This document shows positions 32,123 to 41,773 of a stretch of DNA of 64,000 nt, piece after piece. This stretch comes from an uncultured Actinomycetota bacterium (GTDB taxonomy: Bacteria; Actinomycetota; Actinomycetes; Streptosporangiales; Streptosporangiaceae). A program made the translations under genes and the position numbers. Positions within the stretch are counted from its first letter, which is position 1; each line of letters begins with the position of its first letter. The stretch covers positions 156,839-220,838 of the forward strand of contig CAWAWG010000002.1 of the NCBI GenBank assembly GCA_963785645.1, in the 5' to 3' direction. The notes under the pieces are model-generated. The model was not told the origin of the DNA, ran no database searches, and saw only the letters and a list, made by a program, of their open reading frames with translations.

Positions 32123-33340
32123 ATGCCAGGAAACCGCGCCGTCGCCTACATCAGGCCGGGGCACGTGGAAGTCCAGACGATCGACTACCCGACGCTTGAG
32201 CTGCAGGACGGCCCCGGCGTCAACCCGGCGAACGTCGGGCGCAAATGCCCGCACGGGGCGATCCTGCGGGTCGTCTCGACAAACATCTGCGGCAGCGACC
32301 AGCACATGGTCCGCGGCCGCACCACCGCCCCCGAGGGGCTCGTGCTCGGGCACGAAATCACCGGCGAGGTCATCGAAGCCGGGCCTGACGTGGAGTTCAT
32401 CAAGGTCGGCGACCTGGTCAGCGTGCCGTTCAACATCGCGTGCGGCCGCTGCCGCAACTGCAAGGAGCGCAAGACCGGGATCTGCCTCAACGTCAACCCC
32501 GACCGGCCGGGATCCGCCTACGGCTACGTCGACATGGGCGGCTGGGTCGGCGGCCAGGCCGAGTACGTCATGGTCCCCTACGCGGACTTCAACCTGCTGA
32601 AGTTCCCCGACAAGGACCAGGCGATGGCCAAGATCCGCGACCTGACCATGCTCTCGGACATCTTCCCGACCGGCTACCACGGCGCCAAGACGGCCGGGGT
32701 CACCACCGGGTCGACCGTCTACATCGCCGGGGCCGGCCCCGTCGGCCTCGCCTCGGCGCACTCGGCGCAACTGCTCGGGGCGGCGGTCGTCATCGTCGGC
32801 GACATGAACCCGGAGCGGCTCAAGCAGGCCGAGAGCTTCGGCTGCGAGACCGTCAACCTGGCGCAGGACGCCGCCCTGGCGGACCAGGTCGAGCAGATCC
32901 TCGGCGAACCCGAGGTCGACGCGGCCGTCGACTGCGTCGGGTTCGAGGCCCGCGGGCACGGGCACGGTGCGGGCGAGGCCCCGGCGACCGTGCTGAACGA
33001 CGTCATGTCCGTGGCGCGGGCAGGCGCGGGAGTCGGCATCCCCGGCCTCTACGTGACCGGAGACCCAGGCGGCATCGACGCGGACGCGAAGGTCGGCTCG
33101 CTGAAGGTGCGCCTCGGCCTCGGCTGGGCGAAGTCGCACTACTTCACCACCGGCCAGTGCCCGGTGATGATGTACCACCGGGGCCTGATGATGGCGATCC
33201 TGCACGACAAGGCGCACATCGCCGACGCGGTGAACGCCACCGTGATCTCGCTCGACCAGGCGCCCGACGGCTACCTGGACTTCGACCACGGCGCCGCGCG
33301 CAAGTTCATCATCGACCCGCACGGCCTGATCGCCGCGTAA
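32123..33340 (+). CDS. fdhA: Glutathione-independent formaldehyde dehydrogenase
   Basis: NICGSDQHMVRGRT, LSDIFPTG, GLGWAKSH..TGQCPV. Confidence 0.92.
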   Translation: MPGNRAVAYIRPGHVEVQTIDYPTLELQDGPGVNPANVGRKCPHGAILRVVSTNICGSDQHMVRGRTTAPEGLVLGHEITGEVIEAGPDVEFIKVGDLVSVPFNIACGRCRNCKERKTGICLNVNPDRPGSAYGYVDMGGWVGGQAEYVMVPYADFNLLKFPDKDQAMAKIRDLTMLSDIFPTGYHGAKTAGVTTGSTVYIAGAGPVGLASAHSAQLLGAAVVIVGDMNPERLKQAESFGCETVNLAQDAALADQVEQILGEPEVDAAVDCVGFEARGHGHGAGEAPATVLNDVMSVARAGAGVGIPGLYVTGDPGGIDADAKVGSLKVRLGLGWAKSHYFTTGQCPVMMYHRGLMMAILHDKAHIADAVNATVISLDQAPDGYLDFDHGAARKFIIDPHGLIAA

Positions 33341-33680
33341 CGCGGCCCCAGGACGGGGACACCGCCCCCGTCCGCATCCAGGCGGACCTGGGGCCCGCAC
33401 CGGCCCCAGGTCCTCGCCTTCCCGCCCACGCGCAGCACGGACCCGTTCGGAATGATCAAATGCTCTATCCCGAACGAAGGGATGCTGCGTGCCCCAGCTC
33501 AGCCCCACCAACAGCCCGGCGCACTGCCTCCCCCTGCTCATTTCCGGCCACCCGAACTTTCCAGCCGCGCGAACGTCGCCGTGCGGCGGACGACGCATGA
33601 CCGTTACACACGGCCCTTCTTGTTACACAGACGTCGAATAGGAGGCATGCCGGAGAAACGCCGTCCCGAGACGCTTTGGC

Positions 33681-33704
33681 AATACCTGTCAGTCGACAGG
33701 TATT
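33681..33704. promoter_or_regulatory. Putative operator upstream of the carboxylase operon
   Basis: AATACCTGTC-agtc-GACAGGTATT with perfect 10-bp arms. Confidence 0.65.
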
Positions 33705-33742
33705 AGGTCCACCAGCCGCCATCGCAAGCGCCAGGGGCAGCC

Positions 33743-35323
33743 ATGACGTCCACCACCGAAGAACCAGTAGAGCGCGCCGACCTGGAGCGCTTCGGCTACA
33801 GCCAGGAACTCCACCGCCGGGTCGGCACCTTCGCCTCCTTCGCCGCCGGGTTCTCCTTCGTCTCCATCCTCACCACCGTCTTCCAGCTGTTCTTCCTCGG
33901 CTTCGGCTTCGGCGGGGCGGCATTCTTCTGGACCTGGCCGGTCGTGTTCGCCGGCCAGCTGCTCGTCGCACTGAACTTCTCCACCCTCGCCGCGCGGTTC
34001 CCGATCTCCGGCGCGATCTTCCAGTGGTCGTCCCGGCTGGCGGGCTCGACGTTCGGCTGGTTCACCGGCTGGATCATGATCATCGGGCAGACGCTCACCG
34101 TCGCCGCCGCCGCGATCGCGCTGCAGGCAGTGCTGCCCTCCATCTGGACCGGGTTCCAGATCGTCGGCGGCCCGGGCGCCAACAGCTCGCCGACGTCACC
34201 CACCGGCGCGCAGAACGCGGTCATCCTCGGCGTGATCCTGCTGGTCGTCACCACCACGGTCAACATCATCGGGGTGCGGCTCATGTCGGTCGTCAACAGC
34301 ACCGGCGTCGTGCTCGAGATCCTCGGCGTGATCGCGATCGTCATCACGCTGTTCGCGCACGCGCGCCGGGGCCCGGGCGTGCTGCTGCACACGACGGGTG
34401 CGGCGCCCACGCCGGGCTCGCCGTACATCTGGGCATGGCTCGCCTCCGGGCTGATGGCCTCCTATGTCATGGTCGGCTTCGACTCGGCCGGCGAACTGTC
34501 GGAGGAGACCCACGCGCCGCGCCACATCACCCCGCGCACCATCATCCGCGCGCTCGTCGTGTCCGGCGTCGGCGGCGCGCTGCTGCTGATCAGCGCCCTG
34601 ATGGCGGCGCCGAGCCTGACCGACGGCAACCTGGCGACCGTCGGCCTGCCGTACGTGCTCACCTCCGTGATGGGCAGCGTGGCCGGGAGGATCATGCTGG
34701 TCGACGTCACGATCGCGATCTGCGTGTGCACACTCGCCTGCCAGACTTCGGGTTCCCGGATGATGTACTCGATGGCCCGCCAGAAGGCGCTGCCCTTCCA
34801 CCGGGTGCTGTCGCGGGTCAGTCCGCGTACCGGCACGCCCATCGTCACCTCCATCGTGGTGGGCGGCGGCGCGGCGCTGGCGCTTGTCGTCAACCTGGGG
34901 CAGTCCGCCGTCTTCACCGCGCTGTCCAGCCTGTGCATCGCGATGCTGTACATCGCCTATCTCGGCGTGACCGGGCCGCTGCTGCTCACCCGGCTGCGGG
35001 CCGCTCGCGGTGTGCCCAGCGCCGCGACCGCCGGCGGCACCGACGAGCACGGCAAACCGCTGTTCAGCCTGGGCCGGTGGGCGATTCCGGTCAATTTCAT
35101 TGCCGTCCTGTACCAGGTCGTAGCGATCGTCAACCTGGCCTGGCCGCGCGCCTCGGTCTACGACCTGACCGGGCACACCTGGTGGCTGCGGTGGAGCGCG
35201 GTGCTGTTCATCGGCATCACACTCGTCATCGGCGCCCTCGTCCACCTGCGGCTGCGGGCGGGCGCCAGCTCCTTGGAGGCGTCCGCCGTCCCCTCTGCCG
35301 TCCCCGCGGCCGAAGCCGCCTGA
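33743..35323 (+). CDS. APC amino acid permease (urea carboxylase-associated)
   Basis: FGYSQELHR, FAAGFSFVSILTT, GFDSAGELSEET; about 12 TMs. Confidence 0.88.
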   Translation: MTSTTEEPVERADLERFGYSQELHRRVGTFASFAAGFSFVSILTTVFQLFFLGFGFGGAAFFWTWPVVFAGQLLVALNFSTLAARFPISGAIFQWSSRLAGSTFGWFTGWIMIIGQTLTVAAAAIALQAVLPSIWTGFQIVGGPGANSSPTSPTGAQNAVILGVILLVVTTTVNIIGVRLMSVVNSTGVVLEILGVIAIVITLFAHARRGPGVLLHTTGAAPTPGSPYIWAWLASGLMASYVMVGFDSAGELSEETHAPRHITPRTIIRALVVSGVGGALLLISALMAAPSLTDGNLATVGLPYVLTSVMGSVAGRIMLVDVTIAICVCTLACQTSGSRMMYSMARQKALPFHRVLSRVSPRTGTPIVTSIVVGGGAALALVVNLGQSAVFTALSSLCIAMLYIAYLGVTGPLLLTRLRAARGVPSAATAGGTDEHGKPLFSLGRWAIPVNFIAVLYQVVAIVNLAWPRASVYDLTGHTWWLRWSAVLFIGITLVIGALVHLRLRAGASSLEASAVPSAVPAAEAA

Positions 35324-35733
35324 CGGCACCCGGCACCGGCTCACCGACGCCGTCGGCCTGGCCGGATTGACCGTCATAAGCGCATCAAGACTTCCGCGGC
35401 CGACGCCGAGAGTTAGGCACCTTACGGGCCGGACTCTCGGCGCCAGCGGAAACCGTCACCGCTCTTTGCTCACCCGACGATCGCCGTCTTTGCTTACCCG
35501 GTGACCACGAATGCCGTCTTTGCCTAACGGATGACCATGATCACGACCGCTATGCCCGGTATGCGGCACCGCCGATTAAGCAAAGACGCGTACCGGCCCA
35601 GGGCACCCAGCCCGCTTGATCGGACATAAAACGCAAAACGGGAGACCAGGCGCCTGCCGGACCGGCATCGGCGGGGACGAAGGAGCGAAGTGCGGCCGTG
35701 TCCTGGCCGCCCAGAACGGAAGGGAGCCTGGCC

Positions 35734-36582
35734 GTGGCCACTGCCGCCGACGAGCACGACACCGATACCGTCCTCAGCGCCCGCGCGGATGCGCGGGCGC
35801 AGGGCGACAAGATCGCGGAAGCGATGCCGTACCTGCCCGCGAGCAGCACGCCGTTCCCACCGCCCGGGGTCGAGCCGAGCACGCTGACCTGGGCCGAGAC
35901 CGTTGCCGGGGGCAACTACACGCACAAGGTGGTCGCGCGGGGGACCCGGGTCCGCCTCGAGGACGTGGCGGGCGAAGCCTGCGCGCACCTGCTGGTCTTC
36001 AACGCCGCTGAGCCGTGGGAGCGGCTCAACACGGCCGACACCGTGAAGATCCCCTGGCAGGCCTACCTCGGCGCGGGGCACCCGCTGCTGTCCGGCGACG
36101 GCCGGGTCCTGGCCACCATCGTGGCGGACGACTCCGGGCGGCATGACGCTCTCTGCGGCACCTCCACCGCGCGGGCCAACCGGGCCAGGTACGGTGACTC
36201 CGCGCCGCAGGGGCCAAGCCCGTCGGGCCGGGAACTGTTCACCCTGGCCGCCGCCAAGCACGGGCTGGCGCCGCGCGACCTTCCGCCCAGCGTCTCCTTC
36301 TTCAAGGGGGTCGTGGTGGGACCGGACGGCGAGCTCACCTTCGCCGGCACCGCCGGGCCGGGCAAGTCGGTGGAACTGCTCGCCGAGCTGCCGCTGATCA
36401 TCCTGATCGCCAACGTCCCGCACCCCGTCGACCCACGGGCAGCGTACACGTGCGGCCCGCTGCGGGTGCATGCCTGGAGGTCCCGGCCGACCGGCCCCGC
36501 GGACCCCCGCTGGAACGCCACCCCCGAGGCGACGCGCTACTACCTCAACACCGCCGACTACGCCGACGCGAGAGGGATCTGA
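35734..36582 (+). CDS. cgdA: DUF1989 carboxyguanidine deiminase subunit A (UAAP1)
   Basis: ERLNTADTVKIPWQAY, HDALCG, PHPVDPR; TGA overlaps the next ATG. Confidence 0.82.
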   Translation: MATAADEHDTDTVLSARADARAQGDKIAEAMPYLPASSTPFPPPGVEPSTLTWAETVAGGNYTHKVVARGTRVRLEDVAGEACAHLLVFNAAEPWERLNTADTVKIPWQAYLGAGHPLLSGDGRVLATIVADDSGRHDALCGTSTARANRARYGDSAPQGPSPSGRELFTLAAAKHGLAPRDLPPSVSFFKGVVVGPDGELTFAGTAGPGKSVELLAELPLIILIANVPHPVDPRAAYTCGPLRVHAWRSRPTGPADPRWNATPEATRYYLNTADYADARGI

Positions 36583-37319
36583 TGACGGTCATCACCGACG
36601 CCGCGGGCCGGACGCCGGACTGCCCGGGGGACCTCGGGCAGGTCCTCGATCCGGCCCGCTACGCCGCGGGCACCGTGCTCGACCTGGCCGGGCCGCTTTC
36701 CGACGGCGAGATCCGGCTCGACGAGGTGATCCCGGCTCGCGCCCCGTGGTCCGCGGTGGTCGCCGCGGGCGACGTCCTCACCATCGTCGACGTCGGCGCC
36801 AACCAGTCCGCCGACTGCCTCCTGTACAGCGCCCGCGACACCACCGAGCGTTATTCCGTGCCGGACACGATCGCGTGGGGCGGCAACGTGTACGTACGGA
36901 CCGGCACGGTGCTGCGCTCGAACGAGGGCAATCCCCTCGCCACCGTGATCGCCAACGAGATCGACCGGCAGGACACCATCGGCGGCGCCTGCGGGAAGGA
37001 GTCCAATACCCTGCGCTACGGCCACCACACCGCGTCCGAGCACGGATGCCGGGAGAACTTCCTCGCCGAGGCGGCGAAGTACGGAATGGGCGCCCGTGAC
37101 CTGGTATCCAACCTCAACTGGTTCATGAACGTGCCGATCGAGGCCGACGGTGCGCTCGGCATCGTGGACGGCATCTCGGCGCCGGGCAGACGAGTGGCGT
37201 TCCGCGCCGAGACGGACATTCTGGTCCTCGTCTCCAATTGCCCGCAGCTGAACAATCCCTGCAACGACTTCAACCCGACCCCGCTGCGCATGATCGTCAC
37301 GGCGGGGTCCGCCCAATGA
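36582..37319 (+). CDS. cgdB: DUF1989 carboxyguanidine deiminase subunit B (UAAP2)
   Basis: DTIGGAC..ESN..RYG, NWFMNVP, SNCPQLNNPCN. Confidence 0.85.
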   Translation: MTVITDAAGRTPDCPGDLGQVLDPARYAAGTVLDLAGPLSDGEIRLDEVIPARAPWSAVVAAGDVLTIVDVGANQSADCLLYSARDTTERYSVPDTIAWGGNVYVRTGTVLRSNEGNPLATVIANEIDRQDTIGGACGKESNTLRYGHHTASEHGCRENFLAEAAKYGMGARDLVSNLNWFMNVPIEADGALGIVDGISAPGRRVAFRAETDILVLVSNCPQLNNPCNDFNPTPLRMIVTAGSAQ

Positions 37320-37490
37320 GCGAGCTTGCGAGCGAATCAGTAAGTACTGTGCGTCCGCGAATGCGGACTCCGAGCGCCAGCGAGGTGGCCGGATGAGCGA
37401 GCTTGCGAGCGAATCAGTAAGTACTGTGCGTCCGCGAATGCGGACTCCGAGCGCCAGCGAGGTGGCCGGATGAGCGAGCTTGCGAGCGAA
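37316..37490 (+). repeat. MIRU-like 77-bp tandem repeat (2 identical copies + 21-bp partial), each copy a 26-codon ORF
   Basis: ATG at 37316, 37393, 37470; ATGA start/stop overlaps; peptide MSELASESVSTVRPRMRTPSASEVAG. Confidence 0.92.
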
Positions 37491-40400
37491 CCGGCAAGCG
37501 CGGACCAGCAACCGCAACCCACCGGAAACGGACCCGGCGCCACAGGCGCCGTCCCGGGGCCTGCGGCGGCGAGGGTAACCGGGATGGACTCCCGCGCATG
37601 GCTCACCACGGGGAAAGCAGCGGACCTGCTACCGCAACCACTGACTGCGTACCCGGCGCCGCCGGCGCCGTCCCGGGCGCTGCCCGGCGAGGGGGCTATG
37701 AAGGCGAGTGGAGGGGCCCCCCTTTGCTTTGGGGAAGAGGCTCCCCATACTCCGCAACGGCCACCCGAGGTGGCAGCGGACCGGCAACGGCAACCACCCG
37801 ATACGTACCCGGCGCCGCAGGCGCCGTCCCGGGGCTCCGCCCCGGCGAGGGGGATACGAAGGGAAGTGGAGGGGCTCCCTTTGTTTTGGGGGAGGGACTC
37901 CCCCACATGGGTCACCACGGGGAAAGCAGCGGACCTGCCACCGCTACCACTGACTGCGTACCCGGCGCCGCAGGCGCCGTCCCGGGCGCTGCCCGGCGAG
38001 GGGGCTATGAAGGCGAGTGGAGGGGCTCCCTTTGTTTTGGGGGAGGGACTCCCCCATGCTTGGGGGGTCACCGGGGGGTCATCCCCCGGGGGAAATACTG
38101 CCTGGGCGTTCGACACCGTTCTGGTCGCCAACCGCGGCGAGGTCGCCCGCCGTGTCATCCGGACCGCCCGCGAACTCGGGCTGCGGGCGGTGGCGGTGTA
38201 CTCGGAGGCGGACCGCGCCGCGCCGCATGTCCGCGAGGCCGACGACGCGGTGCTCATCGGTCCGGCCCGGCCCCAGGACTCCTACCTGAACGTCGACGCC
38301 ATCCTGGCCGCGGCGAAGTTCGCCCGGGCAGGCGCGATCCACCCTGGGTACGGCTTCCTGTCCGAGAACGCCGACTTCGCCCGGGCGGCCGAAGCGGCGG
38401 GCATCGCCTTCGTCGGCCCGACCCCGGCGCAACTGGAGGCATTCGGCGACAAGCACACGGCACGGGAACTGGCCCGCGCCGCCGGCGTGCCGATGATGGC
38501 GGGCAGCGGCCTGCTCGCCTCGGCCGAAGAGGCCGTAGCGCAGGCCCGGGCCATCGGCTTCCCGGTCATGGTGAAGGCGACTGGCGGGGGCGGGGGCATC
38601 GGCCTGCGGGCCTGCGCTGACGAGGCCGCCGTGGCCGAGGCGTTCGACCGCGTGCAGCGGCTGGCGAAGGAAAACTTCGGCGCGGGCGGCGTGTTCCTGG
38701 AGCGCCTGGTCCGCCCGGCCCGTCACGTCGAGGTCCAGGTCTTCGGCGACGGCACCGGGCGGGTCACGGTGCTCGGCGACCGGGACTGCTCGCTGCAGCG
38801 GCGCAACCAGAAGGTCCTTGAGGAGGCCCCGGCCCCCGGGCTGCCGCCGTCACTGCGCCGGCTGCTGCACAAGGCGGCGCGTGACCTGGCCGCTTCCGTC
38901 GGGTACCGGTCGGCGGGCACGGTCGAGTTCGTGTACGACCCGGTGCGGCAGGAGGCGTCGTTCCTTGAGGTGAACGCGCGGCTCCAGGTCGAGCACCCGG
39001 TGACCGAGGAAGTCTTCGGCGTGGACCTCGTGGAGCAGATGCTGCGGCTGGCCGGCCAGGGCCCCGGCGGCGTCGCGGCGTTCATGGCGGCCCGGCCCGT
39101 GAGCCGCGGCCACGCCGTAGAGGCCCGCGTCTACGCCGAGGATCCCGGCCGCGGCGGCGCCCCGAGCCCCGGTCTCGTCACGTCCGTGGCCCTGCCCGGC
39201 GATCCCGTCCGCGTGGACGCCTGGATCGAGGCGGGTGTTGAGGTATCCCCGTACTACGACCCGCTCGTCGCGAAGATCATCGCGCACGGCGCTGACCGGG
39301 ACGCTGCCCTGGCGGCGCTCGGCCGCGCCCTCGCGGACACCCGGGTCGACGGCGTCGCGACCAACCTCGGCCTGCTGCGCGCCGCCGCGGTGCGGCCGGA
39401 CGTGCGGGCCGTCGCCCACTCGACATCCACCCTGGACGGGGTGACCGATCCGGAGCCGCGGATCGACGTGCTTGAGCCGGGCACGCTGACGACGGTGCAG
39501 GACTGGCCTGGGCGGCTGGGGTACTGGCAGGTCGGCGTGCCGCCGAGCGGGCCGATGGACGAGGTGTCGCTGCGCGAGGTCAACCTCGCCGTCGGCAATC
39601 CCGAGGGCGCGCCCGGCCCTGGAGGTCACCGCGACCGGGCCGACCCTGCGGTTTTCCCACGACACGCTGATCTGCCTTGGCGGCGCGGTGTCGGACGCCG
39701 CAGTTAGCACCACGGGACCCGGCACCACGGGGCTTAGCCGGACCGGGGTCCCGTGGTGGACGCCGGTCACCGTGCCGGCCGGGGCCGTCCTCGCGGTCGG
39801 CGCGATCCCCGGGCCGGGGCTGCGGACCTACGTCGCCGTGCGCGGCGGTCTCGACGTGCCGCGCTACCTGGGCAGCGCGTCGACCTTCACCCTGGGCCGG
39901 TTCGGCGGCCACGGCGGCCGGGCCCTGCAAGCGGGCGACGTGCTCCGCCCGGGCACCGCGGCACCGCTTGCCGACGCGGCGCCAACCCCTGTGGACCGCC
40001 GCCCGGCGATCGTCCGCGACTGGGAGATCGGGGTCACCGAGGGGCCGCACGCGGCACCGGACTTCTTCACCCGCGCGGACATCGACGAGCTGTACGCCTC
40101 CGCCTATACCGTTCACCACAACTCCGCGCGTACCGGCGTCCGGCTCATCGGCCCGCGCCCGTCGTGGGCACGCGAGGACGGCGGCGAGGCCGGGCTGCAC
40201 CCGTCCAACATCCACGACGTGCCTTACGCCGTCGGCGCGCTCGACTTCACCGGTGACACCCCGATCATCCTCGGACCGGACGGGCCGAGCCTGGGCGGGT
40301 TCGTCTGCCCGGCCGTCGTCGCCAGCGGCGAGCTGTGGAAGACGGGCCAGCTGCGCCCGGGAGACACGATCCGCTTCGTGCCCGTGAAGGAGAGCGACGC

Positions 40401-41773
40401 GGCCGCGCTGCGCGACCGCCGCGCGGTGCCTGCCCTGGTGCGCACCGGGGGCGACGGCGACGACGGCATCCTGGCGCGGCGCGAGGCGGGGAGAGATACG
40501 CCCGCCGTGGTCTACCGGCGCGACGGGGACGACAACGTGATCGTCGAGTACGGCGACCCGGTGCTCGACCTGGGTCTGCGGATGCGGGTGCACGCCCTGC
40601 AGGAGGCGCTGCAGGCCGAGGGCCTCGACGGGGTCATCGACCTCACCCCCGGCATCAGGTCGCTGCAGGTGCACACCGACGCGGGCAAGCTGCGGGCCAG
40701 GTCGCTGCTTCCCCTGCTGCGGCGGGTCGAGGACGAGCTTCCGGCGGCGCATGAACTGCGCGTTCCGTCGCGCAGCGTGCGGCTTCCGCTGTCCTGGGAC
40801 GACCCGGCGACCCGGCTGGCGATCGAGCGGTACATGAGCGGGGTACGGTCCGACGCGCCGTGGACGCCCTGGAACATCGAGTTCATCCGGCGGGTCAACG
40901 GCCTGGCGACGGTCCAGGACGTCCACGACATCGTCTTCAGCGCCCGGTACCTGGTCCTCGGGCTCGGCGACGTGTACCTGGGTGCGCCCGTCGCCACCCC
41001 GGTCGACCCCCGGCACCGGCTGGTGACCACGAAGTACAATCCGGCGCGCACCTGGACGGCGGAGAACTCAGTCGGCATCGGCGGTGCGTACCTGTGCATC
41101 TACGGCATGGAGGGTCCGGGCGGCTACCAGTTCGTCGGCCGGACCATCCAGGTGTGGAACCGGTTCCGGCGCGCCGGCCTGTTCGCCGAGCACCCTTGGT
41201 CCCTGCGGTTCTTCGACCAGATCGAGTGGTACCCGGTCAGCGCCGAGGAACTCCTTGACCTGCGGGCGGAGACCGACGCCGGACGAGGGCAGGTCGCGGT
41301 GACCGAAGGCTGGTTCGACTACGGGTCCTACACCAGGTTCCTGGCGGAGCACACGACGGGCATCTCGGCGTTCCGGACCCGGCAGGCGGCGGCGTTCCAG
41401 GCCGAGAAGGAACGCTGGCGGGCCTGCGGCGAGTTCGACCGGGCCGACGCGGAGCCCGGCCGTGACCGTCGCCGCCGACGCGGTCACGCTGCCCGACGGG
41501 GCGACACCGGTGCAGGCACCGTTCACCGCCAGCGTCTGGCAGGTGGCGGTGCGGCCGGGCAGCCAGGTCGCACTGGGCGACAAGCTCGTTTCGCTGGAGG
41601 CCATGAAGATGGAGACCGTCCTGCCCGCACCGGCCGACGGGACCGTGGCCCGCGTCTACGTCAGTCCAGGCGACCAGGTGACGGCCGGGCAGATAGTGGC
41701 GGCGGTGGTGCCCCACGACGGCACCAGGAACGCAGACGCCGGGGGCGGCGACCGCGCCGGAGCGGCCGGATGA
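37470..41773 (+). CDS. uca: Urea/guanidine carboxylase (frameshifts near 39620 and 41460; repeat-derived N-terminal extension)
   Basis: FDTVLVANRGE, HPGYGFLSEN, RLQVEHPVTE, carboxyltransferase HPSNIHD, TTKYNPARTWT, biotin motif EAMKME. Confidence 0.9.
37497..38100 (+). repeat. Degenerate ~153-156-bp tandem repeats (3 full + 1 partial) in frame with uca
   Basis: GCGGACC anchors at 37500, 37620, 37776, 37929; units 1 and 3 are nearly identical. Confidence 0.88.

Noticed and set aside
31088-33598. Long antisense and alternative-frame ORFs (836 aa here; also 23923-25566, 27655-29019 and others)
   Set aside because: Shadow ORFs of high-GC coding sequence, Arg/Gly/Pro-rich and without motifs.
33600-33632. 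GTTACACA direct repeats as a GlnR box
   Set aside because: Spacing and b-sites do not fit gTnAc-n6-GaAAc; left unassigned.
35640-35730. Guanidine-II/III riboswitch (GGACGA motif)
   Set aside because: No paired ACGR-loop hairpins or class III pseudoknot could be built by eye.
37316-38100. CRISPR array
   Set aside because: The repeats are contiguous tandem units without unique spacers, and there are no cas genes.
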